64,000 nucleotides of DNA from Promethearchaeota archaeon (GTDB lineage Archaea; Asgardarchaeota; Lokiarchaeia; Sigyniarchaeales; SOKP01), in assembly GCA_048941605.1 (NCBI GenBank), contig JBHLNL010000004.1, positions 1 to 64,000 on the forward strand, written 5' to 3'. The notes below the pieces were generated by a model that made no database searches, was not told the DNA's origin, and saw only the letters and a program-made list of their open reading frames with translations. The position numbers were made by a program, and so were the translations under genes. This document shows, one piece after another, positions 39,701 through 48,349 of the stretch (its first letter is position 1; each line of letters begins with the position of its first letter).

Positions 39701-40031
39701 CATAAAATATAATAACTGTGGGGATATCTCTTTTTACAGAAAAGATATCAGGAAGTATCATTTCAAAAAGTTCTGACTCTTCCTGAACTGTTGGATTCAA
39801 AAAATAAATAATTCCATCTACCATTGGAATTATTTCATCTAAATCAGCAGAAATGCTTATTAATACGTCAATTTCTAAATCACAGACATTGTCTAAAACT
39901 TTTATTTCTTTGTACCATGAAACATATGTTTCCTTATCTTCTCCCGGTTCTCCGAAAGCCCTTGAAATATAAAAATGAATCGCATCAGGATCCGATCCAA
40001 GAATTAAAGTTCTGAAATAAAATATTGACAT
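36750..40031 (-). CDS. 1093-aa protein: degenerate small-GTPase-like N-terminal domain plus a long TPR-like / coiled-coil helical array
   Basis: aa 1-~165 align by eye to the Ras fold, but with G1 LILGSDPDAIH, G3 ISISADLDE and G4 IFYDQNG. VDGIIYFLNPTVQEESELF mirrors Rab AHGIIVVYDVTDQESF. The rest contains TPR-like units (YEKAAKSYERAAQWS, YEEALEIYKKTI, FKEAAKLYLDLAY). Confidence 0.5.
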   Translation of the reverse strand: MSIFYFRTLILGSDPDAIHFYISRAFGEPGEDKETYVSWYKEIKVLDNVCDLEIDVLISISADLDEIIPMVDGIIYFLNPTVQEESELFEMILPDIFSVKRDIPTVIIFYDQNGILPISVNDLLTHIWVNFPSLEAFVNLPPKDFHQALQALCLAIINGDTPLNIENAWMRFPIFIQMANIYFNNQNYYYAAQAIRKTAQIAEIYNKEEFYIISEQAAYLYSKMNLYLEASKILEKVDIHKSVNFKKLYAEAIIREANFFFKRNEYEKAAKSYERAAQWSSIELLDKELINEAFRLAINSWISACRVEDAFRILQSLPHQEVIVILKETSNKIGSSADYLASINNFELAREQLYRAVNRYQLEDLFDELKDLTNKLTEVLIKLFKQQISEQKKHAAKNTYDELENMWSSYHVKKLDLDSTLEKLINQFFEINNFEIATVLIDKLNSRNLKKQLAKVRDELEDKFRTLKKKEVEDYINRGVQIITEFVEAEQEIIIEINTQKITEANEYVKQNSHLVAANLLKKHAEYLRSIGKEDIKEQILTKSLDILLEGIEFENFFLIFIELSVDKKTKYLTRIFPKYLQKLRELRESEDYERIFKIFESSIRIYRDQMLYDQSKEISFLFIKIIKANALKILEVEDDLLPAVNKAEALIKKVLNIASAYLEKEENIRITFNKIYKRITEIYIELDNLHLAHVYNDKIEKATYKTELHKKIEALEAKKSEVRSEKAKEIRKGEELKEKDTIIEKRAQEARLDKESDMKERKGLKRGYFKESLSYLSSQQYEEALEIYKKTINRLNLTNKYKLAGVSLAVACLILMNQNKFDDAKTLLNNTKKELAGLEKSFSEAFAVTLIEYIIDLKSFQDEEKYIKSLELFNILPLFEEELTLLSEVMGEVYQEKESHERPAEILIEQEEFSEETKIKEYSRKQIGELSKIQVEIDQRHGKLQAKALDAKRDQERLLKKRRPMRKRYYIPILELIESKKFKEAAKLYLDLAYTFSKRKDLEASALMITLHGLALLKAEESLKVIKNNLNEYLNSLGINKKLVEETFYIMLILFLIDIKLYNFDNYLPKIKEMMSIFPFFEEEKILIDVMD

Positions 40032-40217
40032 ATTATATATAATTCTAATTTATTTTTCAATTTCTATTGATTGATAAATCGGTTATAAAGATTTTTTTAC
40101 CTTAATTAATAGTATAAAACTTATGAAATTATTTTAAAAGAATAGAATTCTTTTAATATTAATTAATTGAGTTTGAGAATAAATATTTTTGTTTTATAAT
40201 TAACTGGAGATTAAGCA

Positions 40218-40880
40218 TTGGATTACTTAGAGCGAAATTATCATCTTGTTAAAGAACGAATGATTGAGCAAATGGAAAAATCTATTAAATTAGGTAGAAC
40301 ATTAATAGATACTGAATTAGATACAGGACTTTTAAACTTCATTATTAAACCAATTGTTAAAACATTCTATGATTATTGGTCAAGAAATGATGCAAGATCT
40401 GGAACATTAAGACAAATTAAAATTACATTGGATTCTGGCAAGCAATTATTGCTTAATGGCAAAACTGAAGAAAGTTATAATAAAATTATTGAGGAAAATT
40501 TTCCAAAATACCTTGAAGCAGATCAAACATCCCGACAATGTTCACCAAGTCATAAGAACTATGAAAGATTAAGTCGAGTAGCTAAAGAAACGTTTGAAAA
40601 TTATTTAAAAGAAGTAGTAAAATTTTTAGAAATAAAAGATGAAGCAGAGAATTATGGAGACTTATGTCGAATAGCATTTCCATTGAAAGAAGTAGCTGAA
40701 AAAAACTTAATGAAACAATTAGAATATACGGATATGGGGATCAAAATAGTTGAAGAGGACATTGGGATCTTAAAAATCCCAATGGGAAGAAAAATCATAG
40801 TAAAAGCACTTAGAAGAGGTTTTGAATTAACAAAAAAAGAGTTTATCGATGGACTCAATGATACATATGACGAAAAATAA
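40218..40880 (+). CDS. Hypothetical protein, unrecognised family, tandem paralog A
   Basis: TTG start, supported by GGAGA 8 nt upstream and by end-to-end collinearity with paralog B. Conserved ERNY..RMIEQME, LNF.IKPIVK.FY and DQT.RQC...HKNY. Confidence 0.6.
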   Translation: MDYLERNYHLVKERMIEQMEKSIKLGRTLIDTELDTGLLNFIIKPIVKTFYDYWSRNDARSGTLRQIKITLDSGKQLLLNGKTEESYNKIIEENFPKYLEADQTSRQCSPSHKNYERLSRVAKETFENYLKEVVKFLEIKDEAENYGDLCRIAFPLKEVAEKNLMKQLEYTDMGIKIVEEDIGILKIPMGRKIIVKALRRGFELTKKEFIDGLNDTYDEK

Positions 40881-40990
40881 TTAAAGTATTAATTTCATAA
40901 AAGATTTTAACAAATAAAATTAGAACTTAAATTTAAAGAAATACCCTAACGTGCTAAATTTTATAGGATTAAAGAGATTGGAGTTGAATA

Positions 40991-41650
40991 ATGAAACATA
41001 TTGAGCGAAATTATAAAATCTTAGAGAAACGGATGATTGAGCAAATGGAAACCAGTCTTAATTATGGTAGAGATCTTATAGACTCTGAAGTAGACGTTGG
41101 TTCTCTAAATTTTGTTATTAAACCAATTGTTAAATCTTTTTATAAATCCTGGAGTGATAAGGAAGCGAAAATAGGTACTCTAGAACAAATTCGAGTTACT
41201 CTTAATTCTGCTAAAGAATTCATAATAAATGGAGATGGTTCAAAAGAACATCTCGATAGAATTATCAATCGAAATTTTCCAATCTATTTAGAAAATGACC
41301 AAACAGATAGGCAATGCAAAAGTACTCATAAAAATTATAAAAAGTTAAAAGAAGTCACCAAAAAATGCTTTATTACTCAAGTAGAAGAGAGCATCCTTTT
41401 TTTAAATGTAAAAGACGATGTTAAAGATTACAATGAATTATCTAGAGTAACTTTTAATTCAAAAGAAAAAGCATATCAAGCTTTAAAACGTCAGCTTGAT
41501 TATAATGATGAAGGAATTTCCATTGTAGAAAGCGATGATACTATATTAAAAGTGCCTTTGGGAAGAAATATTATTCTAAAAGTACTAAGAATGGGCTTTG
41601 AAATGACAAAAGAAAAGTTAATAGAAGAGCTTGATGAAATTTTTAATTAA
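40991..41650 (+). CDS. Hypothetical protein, unrecognised family, tandem paralog B
   Basis: About half of the positions are identical by eye to 40218..40880 over the full length. Confidence 0.6.
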   Translation: MKHIERNYKILEKRMIEQMETSLNYGRDLIDSEVDVGSLNFVIKPIVKSFYKSWSDKEAKIGTLEQIRVTLNSAKEFIINGDGSKEHLDRIINRNFPIYLENDQTDRQCKSTHKNYKKLKEVTKKCFITQVEESILFLNVKDDVKDYNELSRVTFNSKEKAYQALKRQLDYNDEGISIVESDDTILKVPLGRNIILKVLRMGFEMTKEKLIEELDEIFN

Positions 41651-41701
41651 GAATTGTTCAACCAAATTATCAATACTCTAAAAGGAAATAAATAGGAGGA
41701 A

Positions 41702-42766
41702 ATGGTGGCCGAATTTACTCAAAAAGAAAAGCAATTTAATTTTTTAAGAAGTATTTTTCTTAATTTATTCACTATTGCCTTTATTACAATATCTTATGTA
41801 TATATTTCCGAACCTTTTGGTTCAATTTCTACAATTTTTATATATAACCAAGGGTTTTCATTACAATTTGGAATGACTCTTCTAATTTTCACTTTTTTTT
41901 CTATATTAGCAGGCCCTTTACAAGGGTTTATTTCTGGATTCCTAGGAGAATTTCTTTTTCAGTTGGCATTTTATGAGATTCTTCATCTTGAATGGTGTTT
42001 TATTATTGCCACTATAGGATTATTGTCTGGCATTTATAAATATCACCCTCTAAAATATCAAAAATATATTAATGTTTTTTACACATTTCTAACCCTAGTA
42101 ATAGTCTCCTTTATAATTTCTAGTCTTATAATTGGTATTCAATTTTTGTTTTATTTTACCCAATATACACTAAACATCATTATCATCAATTTTGGCTTAA
42201 AATATTTGCTTCAAGCAACTATCTCAATTTTATTTATAATTCCTATACTGTTGTTTATATATGATAAAATTCTAGCTAAAGACGAAAAGCATTTATATTA
42301 TATGATCCTAACCCACCATCCCCTTTCTGCGAGCGATCACACCTTCTATCTTAATTTTGGTCGTACCAAAATTTATTTTTGCTCAAGGTGTTCAGGTGTA
42401 ATTATAGGAGGTTTAATTGCTTTATTTTCAACTTATTTAATCCAAAAGATTTATCAAGTCGAATTCAGTGCAGAACTTGCTCTAATCCTATGTATAATAT
42501 TACCATTGCCAGGAATAATTGATTGGGGAACACAAAGACTTTTATTAAGAACAAGTACAACAAAATCTAGATTATTTACTGGATTTATTATTGGAACTGC
42601 TTTGCATTTTATGTCATTTACTTATAAGTACTACTTTTATACAATGATAATCTTAACAATTTATTTTACTATATTCTTTCTATTGATATATTTTGGTCAT
42701 AAGAAGGAATTGAGGTTATTAAAAGAAGAATCAGACGAAATTTCAGTTCAAGAAGAATATTACTAA
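41702..42766 (+). CDS. Polytopic membrane protein with a C-terminal DUF2085-like half
   Basis: About 10 TM helices. FCSRCSGVIIGGLIALF resembles the DUF2085 CxxC-TM motif. Confidence 0.45.
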   Translation: MVAEFTQKEKQFNFLRSIFLNLFTIAFITISYVYISEPFGSISTIFIYNQGFSLQFGMTLLIFTFFSILAGPLQGFISGFLGEFLFQLAFYEILHLEWCFIIATIGLLSGIYKYHPLKYQKYINVFYTFLTLVIVSFIISSLIIGIQFLFYFTQYTLNIIIINFGLKYLLQATISILFIIPILLFIYDKILAKDEKHLYYMILTHHPLSASDHTFYLNFGRTKIYFCSRCSGVIIGGLIALFSTYLIQKIYQVEFSAELALILCIILPLPGIIDWGTQRLLLRTSTTKSRLFTGFIIGTALHFMSFTYKYYFYTMIILTIYFTIFFLLIYFGHKKELRLLKEESDEISVQEEYY

Positions 42767-42778
42767 TTAAAGGAAAAG

Positions 42779-43279
42779 ATGAAAAATTTAATTTTTATTC
42801 ATGGACTTGAAAGTTCTGGAGATGGTTTTAAAGGTCGTTTTTTTCGAAAGTTGCTACCTGGATGCCTTACACCAAATTTTGAAGAATTTAATCCTAAATT
42901 ATCAATTAAGATACTATTAGAAAAAAGGATGGGCCAGTTATATTCTATTTTAAAAGGGAAAGATAAGTGGATCATCATAGGGTCTAGTTTTGGAGGTTTG
43001 ATGGGTACAATTTTTACTTTCCAAAATCCTAAAAATGTATTAAAGTTAATTTTACTTGCTCCTTTTCTCTCAGCTTTAGAATTAGAAATTAAAAAGTTTA
43101 CTCCTATAGAGGTTCCAGTTATCATTTTTCAAGGCAAAAATGATGCAATTATCTCATTAAAGCAATCTAAAAGTTTTGCTGAAAAACTCTTCACCAATCT
43201 CGAATACAATATTATGAATGATGATCATTCTCTTAAAAATACGGTTGAAACATTGGATTGGGAAAAGTTAATTCAATGA
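42779..43279 (+). CDS. Small alpha/beta-hydrolase (YqiA/UPF0227-like esterase)
   Basis: LIFIHGLESSG, nucleophile elbow GSSFGG and a late DDHSL. 12 nt after the preceding gene. Confidence 0.6.
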   Translation: MKNLIFIHGLESSGDGFKGRFFRKLLPGCLTPNFEEFNPKLSIKILLEKRMGQLYSILKGKDKWIIIGSSFGGLMGTIFTFQNPKNVLKLILLAPFLSALELEIKKFTPIEVPVIIFQGKNDAIISLKQSKSFAEKLFTNLEYNIMNDDHSLKNTVETLDWEKLIQ

Positions 43280-43496
43280 GATCTCGCTGAATAACATTTC
43301 AAAAACTGGACTCCAATTATTTTAAAATTAATTCTTACCACCTTTCAATTAAGAAAAATTTTGAGGTAATTTAAATGAGAATAATTAAAGGTTTAAAAAC
43401 CGTAGACTTTTTCTTAATACTGAATTTTAATATCTCTTCATACAAAAAAAATTTAAAATAAACAATAATTTAATTAAAAAGGTGTAGTAAAAAAGT

Positions 43497-45080
43497 ATGG
43501 GCAATATTTATATTTGTCGAGAATGTGGATACTCGTTTCCAGATGAACTTTCTCAATTGATAGAAAGTAATATTCAAGTTTATTGCGAAAGATGTGGTTC
43601 TCCTTTTATTATAGAAGGAATTAAATTTAAACCAGCACCAACGCCATATTTAAGGAAAAAAAAACCATATCATGTATTATCTGAGAAGAAATCCTCTAAT
43701 TTAGAAAAGTTTATTCTATTTCTAAATAAAATTTCTTTTATACCTTTATTTATTTTTACGTGTGTTTCTTTTGGGTTAATTGCTGAAATAATAATTAAAT
43801 ATGATATGACAATTTTGTTTGATCGAATAGTGCATGGTTTATTAGGGCTATTTCTATTAATTTATGATAGAGCTTATATTGCCCCCAAAGTAAAAGAGAA
43901 AAAGTTTAACGATATTTTTCTGGATGCATTTTGTTGGGGGATTTTAGGTTGTATTTTATATGGTACAGGAGCTATTGTCCTCATAAAAGGTATTTTTATT
44001 GTATTCTATGTAATTTCAGATTCTAAAAATACTGATTTTAAAACATACGATTATGGCTTGCTCGCGAAAGATTCATTGAATTATTTTTCTGCTAAAGCAG
44101 GTCTTCTAATTGTATTATTTGGTGTATATAGGGCATACTCAGACAGAATCTACATCCCAACAGGCTGGAGAATCATAATAAATATACCAATTCATATCGA
44201 AATCCCTTTAGAATTATTAATTTATTTTGGTTTTCTGGTTATCGCACTAATAGTTTTACTTATAGATAGTAGATCAAGAAGCAAGATTAAAGAGAAACAG
44301 AAATTTACTGTGATGGACGGACTCAAATTTTTCATTCTTGGAATTTTAGGAGTTCTCTTTTACGCGACTGGGATTTTTATACTTTTAAAAGGAATTTTGA
44401 TATTTTTCTTGTGCTTAGGTAAACCGAGAGAATTAATAAAAAAAGTTCCTGAAGTTGATGAAAAGATAGCTCATATTCCTGTTCCTCCAATCCCCCCAAG
44501 CCCTCCAATATCCCCTTATAGAAGATTAGAGCATCCTCCTTTGATAATTTCAGAAGAAAAGGAAACTCAACTAAAACCTGCTGAGGAACCTATTGAAATT
44601 AAAGTATCTGAAGCTCCAAAAAAAGAAGAAATTAAGATTGAACCAGAAAAAGTAGAAGAATTCCGTGTTAAAATTGAAGAAGAGAGGGTCAGAAGGGAGA
44701 AAGAATTTGAATTAAAATTGCATGATTCTCTATTACCTGTCAAGGATGAAAAAGATAAGAAATTAGTTAAAGAATACTTCTCAAAAATATTTGCTGTTTT
44801 GTCTAAAGATTTAAGGAAACAAATAATAGATTTAAAAATTTCGAAAAAAGAAAAGAATGAATTACTCGAGGAACTTGCATTTCTAACAAAAGAAGAGCAA
44901 GTTAAGTATATCGAAGCTATTGTTAATTTATATAAAGAAATCCCCAAAAAATTGATAAATAGAATTCGTAAACTTCCTAATGTTAAACCTAAACATTATG
45001 ATAAAATTGTTGAAGAATTAAAATATATGGATTATGATGAACAAATAAAATTTATCCAATTCTTAGAGGAAAACGCCTAA
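43497..45080 (+). CDS. Zinc-ribbon / multi-TM / Pro-rich linker / helical C-terminal domain protein
   Basis: CRECG...CERCG ribbon. A duplicated TM hairpin (ILGCILYGTGAIVLIKGIFIVF and ILGVLFYATGIFILLKGILIFF). PVPPIPPSPPISP linker. A charged helical tail with an internal repeat. Confidence 0.5.
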   Translation: MGNIYICRECGYSFPDELSQLIESNIQVYCERCGSPFIIEGIKFKPAPTPYLRKKKPYHVLSEKKSSNLEKFILFLNKISFIPLFIFTCVSFGLIAEIIIKYDMTILFDRIVHGLLGLFLLIYDRAYIAPKVKEKKFNDIFLDAFCWGILGCILYGTGAIVLIKGIFIVFYVISDSKNTDFKTYDYGLLAKDSLNYFSAKAGLLIVLFGVYRAYSDRIYIPTGWRIIINIPIHIEIPLELLIYFGFLVIALIVLLIDSRSRSKIKEKQKFTVMDGLKFFILGILGVLFYATGIFILLKGILIFFLCLGKPRELIKKVPEVDEKIAHIPVPPIPPSPPISPYRRLEHPPLIISEEKETQLKPAEEPIEIKVSEAPKKEEIKIEPEKVEEFRVKIEEERVRREKEFELKLHDSLLPVKDEKDKKLVKEYFSKIFAVLSKDLRKQIIDLKISKKEKNELLEELAFLTKEEQVKYIEAIVNLYKEIPKKLINRIRKLPNVKPKHYDKIVEELKYMDYDEQIKFIQFLEENA

Positions 45081-45082
45081 AC

Positions 45083-45979
45083 ATGTCCCTTGAAAAGAAA
45101 AGAGAACCTAGAGGAAATAAGGAAAAAGAAAATCTACAGGAGAGCTCATTTAGGCGTCTTGATTTTAAACCATTAGGGGAAAAGAGTGAATTAAGCCTTG
45201 AGACAGAAGTAATAAAAGAAGAAATTGTTGAAGAGTTAATTGAAATTGAAAAAGATGTTTTAGAAATTGCTGAAGATATATTAAAATTAAAAAGATATGA
45301 TACTGAATTTGAGATTGAATCAGAAGCTCAAATTCAAAAATATCCGATAATTGAAAAATTATATGCAAAATGCATTGCTAGACTTTCTTATAAGAAGGGA
45401 TATAGTAAAGAGGAGATATTTTTAGCAATTCGGAGTTTAGAGGAGAAGAATTGGATTGTAACGAATGAAAGAAGAACAAAATTAGAAATACTTACAAATG
45501 AAAAGCTTGTGCAAATACTTGATTTTATAAAAGAAAATCCAGGTATTCATGCTAGAGATGATAAAATTGAAAAAGAATTAGAAATTACGAGAACTCCATT
45601 TTTAAAACATATAATGACTCTTGAAAGATTTAAACTAATAAGATCTAAGAAAATAGGCAAAACTCTTCATTATTTCTTGGCAGATGTTCCCGAGGATTAT
45701 GATAAATTTAAGATTATTTTTCTAAATCCATTGATTCCTAATATATTAGAAGAAATATTTAAAGATGAAGAAGTTACCATTAGTAAAATGGGAGAAAATC
45801 TTGATTTTTATTCAGGTACTATATTATATCACATTAAAAAGTTAAAAAATCTCAATATTATAAGATCAGCTAAGAATAAATCAGGGAAAAAAATTTTTCT
45901 TATTAATATTGAACTTCTTAAAAAATATAATGATTTTTTTGATGAACCTGATTTTTCACAATTACTTCAAGGGCTTTAA
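45083..45979 (+). CDS. Multi winged-helix (ArsR/MarR-like wHTH) protein with an acidic N-terminus
   Basis: ILDFIKENPGIHARDDKIEKELEITRTPFLKHIMTLERFKLIRSKKIGKTLHYF and ISKMGENLDFYSGTILYHIKKLKNLNIIRS. Starts 3 nt after the previous stop. Confidence 0.5.
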   Translation: MSLEKKREPRGNKEKENLQESSFRRLDFKPLGEKSELSLETEVIKEEIVEELIEIEKDVLEIAEDILKLKRYDTEFEIESEAQIQKYPIIEKLYAKCIARLSYKKGYSKEEIFLAIRSLEEKNWIVTNERRTKLEILTNEKLVQILDFIKENPGIHARDDKIEKELEITRTPFLKHIMTLERFKLIRSKKIGKTLHYFLADVPEDYDKFKIIFLNPLIPNILEEIFKDEEVTISKMGENLDFYSGTILYHIKKLKNLNIIRSAKNKSGKKIFLINIELLKKYNDFFDEPDFSQLLQGL

Positions 45980-45995
45980 TAGCATGTATTATTTT

Positions 45996-46880
45996 TTAAA
46001 TTAATTCATATTTTATTTGTGGTAAAGCATTCATCAATATTTTAATTGCATTATCAATTCCATTTTCCATATTAGGATGAATCTCATTTGAATTAAGCAA
46101 ATCATATTTCGGATGACCCGGTAGATCAGAAACAGAAAGAATGGAACCTGTTTTTATATTATATATCTTACCTAACAAAAATAATACAGAAGACTCCATA
46201 TCAACACATTGAACGTTTATTGAACTCAAAGCACGAATAAAATCTTGACTTTCACAAAAAAGAGCATCTGTAGTCCATAAATCTGCTAATTCTACTTTAT
46301 CTGATAAGATTAATTTAGCTTTGCTAAACAATATCTCTTTAATTATCTCATTAGGTTTACTAATAAATATAGTTTGATTCCCCGTAAATATATTTTGGAA
46401 GGTTCCAATTGGATTAGAGATTGATTCCAATTCATTTACTAAATGTGGATTCTCCCTAATATATTGGGGGCTCGTACCTTCATCACAAAAAGCTAATTTA
46501 GGTATTATTACATCACCAATGTTAATAGTCATAATTGAATTTTCAATTCCACCACATACATCAATTCTAATAATCACTTTTGTTTTACATCGTTTTAAGG
46601 CTTCTACTGTCATAGCACAATTTGGGGATCCAATTAAAGACCGAATAATGCTAACTCTAACATTATTCAACTCTCCATTATATACTCTACCATAGTTTCG
46701 CTTATTTTGTAGTTTTTGTAAAAGTTTTTTCATTACATTTTTGATAGCAGGGAGGATTACGATTTCATTAACATTTGAAGTTCCTGTCTCAAGGATCATC
46801 CTTACGATTTTCTCATCCACACTTATAAATTTTAAACCAACGTTTAACAATTCACTTTTGATTCTATTTAACATAGTCAA
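45996..46880 (-). CDS. Nucleoside phosphorylase, PNP_UDP_1 family (uridine/purine nucleoside phosphorylase-like)
   Basis: IRIDVCGGI, FCDEGTSPQY and VDMESSVLFLLG motifs. Confidence 0.6.
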   Translation of the reverse strand: MTMLNRIKSELLNVGLKFISVDEKIVRMILETGTSNVNEIVILPAIKNVMKKLLQKLQNKRNYGRVYNGELNNVRVSIIRSLIGSPNCAMTVEALKRCKTKVIIRIDVCGGIENSIMTINIGDVIIPKLAFCDEGTSPQYIRENPHLVNELESISNPIGTFQNIFTGNQTIFISKPNEIIKEILFSKAKLILSDKVELADLWTTDALFCESQDFIRALSSINVQCVDMESSVLFLLGKIYNIKTGSILSVSDLPGHPKYDLLNSNEIHPNMENGIDNAIKILMNALPQIKYELI

Positions 46881-47051
46881 CCATAAACTTATTTATCTTA
46901 AGAAACCAAATTATCTATTTTGGTTATATTCTATAAGTATGCTACTAATTATTTAATTACTTATAATTTTTAAGAAAATAATTTAATATCTTGTCTAAAT
47001 ACATTTATTTATAAAAAGTACTAAGATTTTTGAGTTTAAAGTGGTAGCTTA

Positions 47052-48344
47052 ATGAAAAATAGATATATCATTGACAATAAAATTACTAATGAATTTGTTG
47101 AAACTTACACTAAAACAACTTATAGAATTATTGGAGAAAATAAACATTCATCAATCAAACCTTGCCATTGGCTTGAACAGAGATTAATGACTGGAAGAGA
47201 TAATCGCAATTGCTATAAAGGAGTTTTTGGAATACAGAGTCATCGATGTTTACAAAATACTCCTTCATTACCATTTTGCAATCATCAATGCGTTTTTTGC
47301 TGGAGAGATATCGAATCTGGATCATTGAGTAGTGAGTTTATTGTTGAACCAGACAATCCTAAACTTCTTGTTGATGAAATGTTTCGACATCATATAGATA
47401 TTATTAAGAACCACTTACCTCTTAGGCGATATCTCGATAACTATGAAATAATGATTGATATTCTTTATTTCATGCTTATAAATAATCAAAAATCCCATTC
47501 AATAAATTCACTTAGCAGTAATATTCATGTTTCAAAAAATAAAATTGAACGGGCTGTAACACTCCTAAAAAACCAAGAATATATTACAACAAACAATAAT
47601 TCCCCAAATAATTTTAGGTTAGATAATGATATTGATTGTTGTATCAGTTCTAGAGATGAACTTGAAGTATTAATTAATAGAGTATTAACTTCACCTGATG
47701 AAATAATACAAGCCCATAGTGAAGCAATGATACCAAATCATGCTGCAATTTCCCTCGATGGAGAGCCCCTTTTATATCCAAAAATTTCTGAATTTATTCA
47801 AGAATTTAAGAATCGTAATATGACAACATTTATAGTTACTAATGGTACATTACCAAAAAGAATAGAACATTTAGATCCATTCCCATCTCAATTATATATC
47901 ACATTACCAGCTCCAAATGAAGACATTTATAAAACTATTTGCCGCCCTATGATTAGAAATGGTTGGGATAAAATAAAGCAAAGTCTTGAGATGATTAATT
48001 CTTTATCAGGTAGAACAGTTGTAAGATTAACTGCTGTTAAGAATCTTAATATAAATGAAAAATTTATCACTGAATATGCTAAAATAATAGATAAAATAAA
48101 TCCTAATTTTTTTGAAATAAAGGGATTTACTTTGCAAGCAAAAGCATTATTAATAAAGGAAAGAGTGAAAGGAAACAAGCAATTACAAGATTACTTTCCA
48201 GATTATGACTATTTGGAAGATTTAGCATTAAAATTTGAGAATATGAGCGGATTTCCATTAATTTATAAGAATAAAGCTAGTAGAGATTTTCTTTTCTCAG
48301 TAAATTGGGAACAAACTAAAGACCCAAAAATAACCAATATATAA
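47052..48344 (+). CDS. taw1: tRNA 4-demethylwyosine synthase Taw1/Tyw1 (radical SAM) with an ~80-90 aa internal insertion
   Basis: HSSIKPCHW, CYKGVFGIQSHRCLQ, CNHQCVFCWR, HAAISLDGEPLLYP and FIVTNGTLP. Length is 430 aa versus about 310-345 aa remembered for archaeal Taw1. Confidence 0.8.
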   Translation: MKNRYIIDNKITNEFVETYTKTTYRIIGENKHSSIKPCHWLEQRLMTGRDNRNCYKGVFGIQSHRCLQNTPSLPFCNHQCVFCWRDIESGSLSSEFIVEPDNPKLLVDEMFRHHIDIIKNHLPLRRYLDNYEIMIDILYFMLINNQKSHSINSLSSNIHVSKNKIERAVTLLKNQEYITTNNNSPNNFRLDNDIDCCISSRDELEVLINRVLTSPDEIIQAHSEAMIPNHAAISLDGEPLLYPKISEFIQEFKNRNMTTFIVTNGTLPKRIEHLDPFPSQLYITLPAPNEDIYKTICRPMIRNGWDKIKQSLEMINSLSGRTVVRLTAVKNLNINEKFITEYAKIIDKINPNFFEIKGFTLQAKALLIKERVKGNKQLQDYFPDYDYLEDLALKFENMSGFPLIYKNKASRDFLFSVNWEQTKDPKITNI

Positions 48345-48349
48345 AAAGA

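Noticed and set aside
45083-45979. Idea that the multi-winged-helix protein is an ESCRT-II (Vps25/Vps22-like) subunit
   Set aside because: Tandem WH domains alone are not diagnostic. No Vps4, ESCRT-III or other ESCRT genes are nearby, and the wHTH units look more like ArsR/MarR DNA-binding modules.
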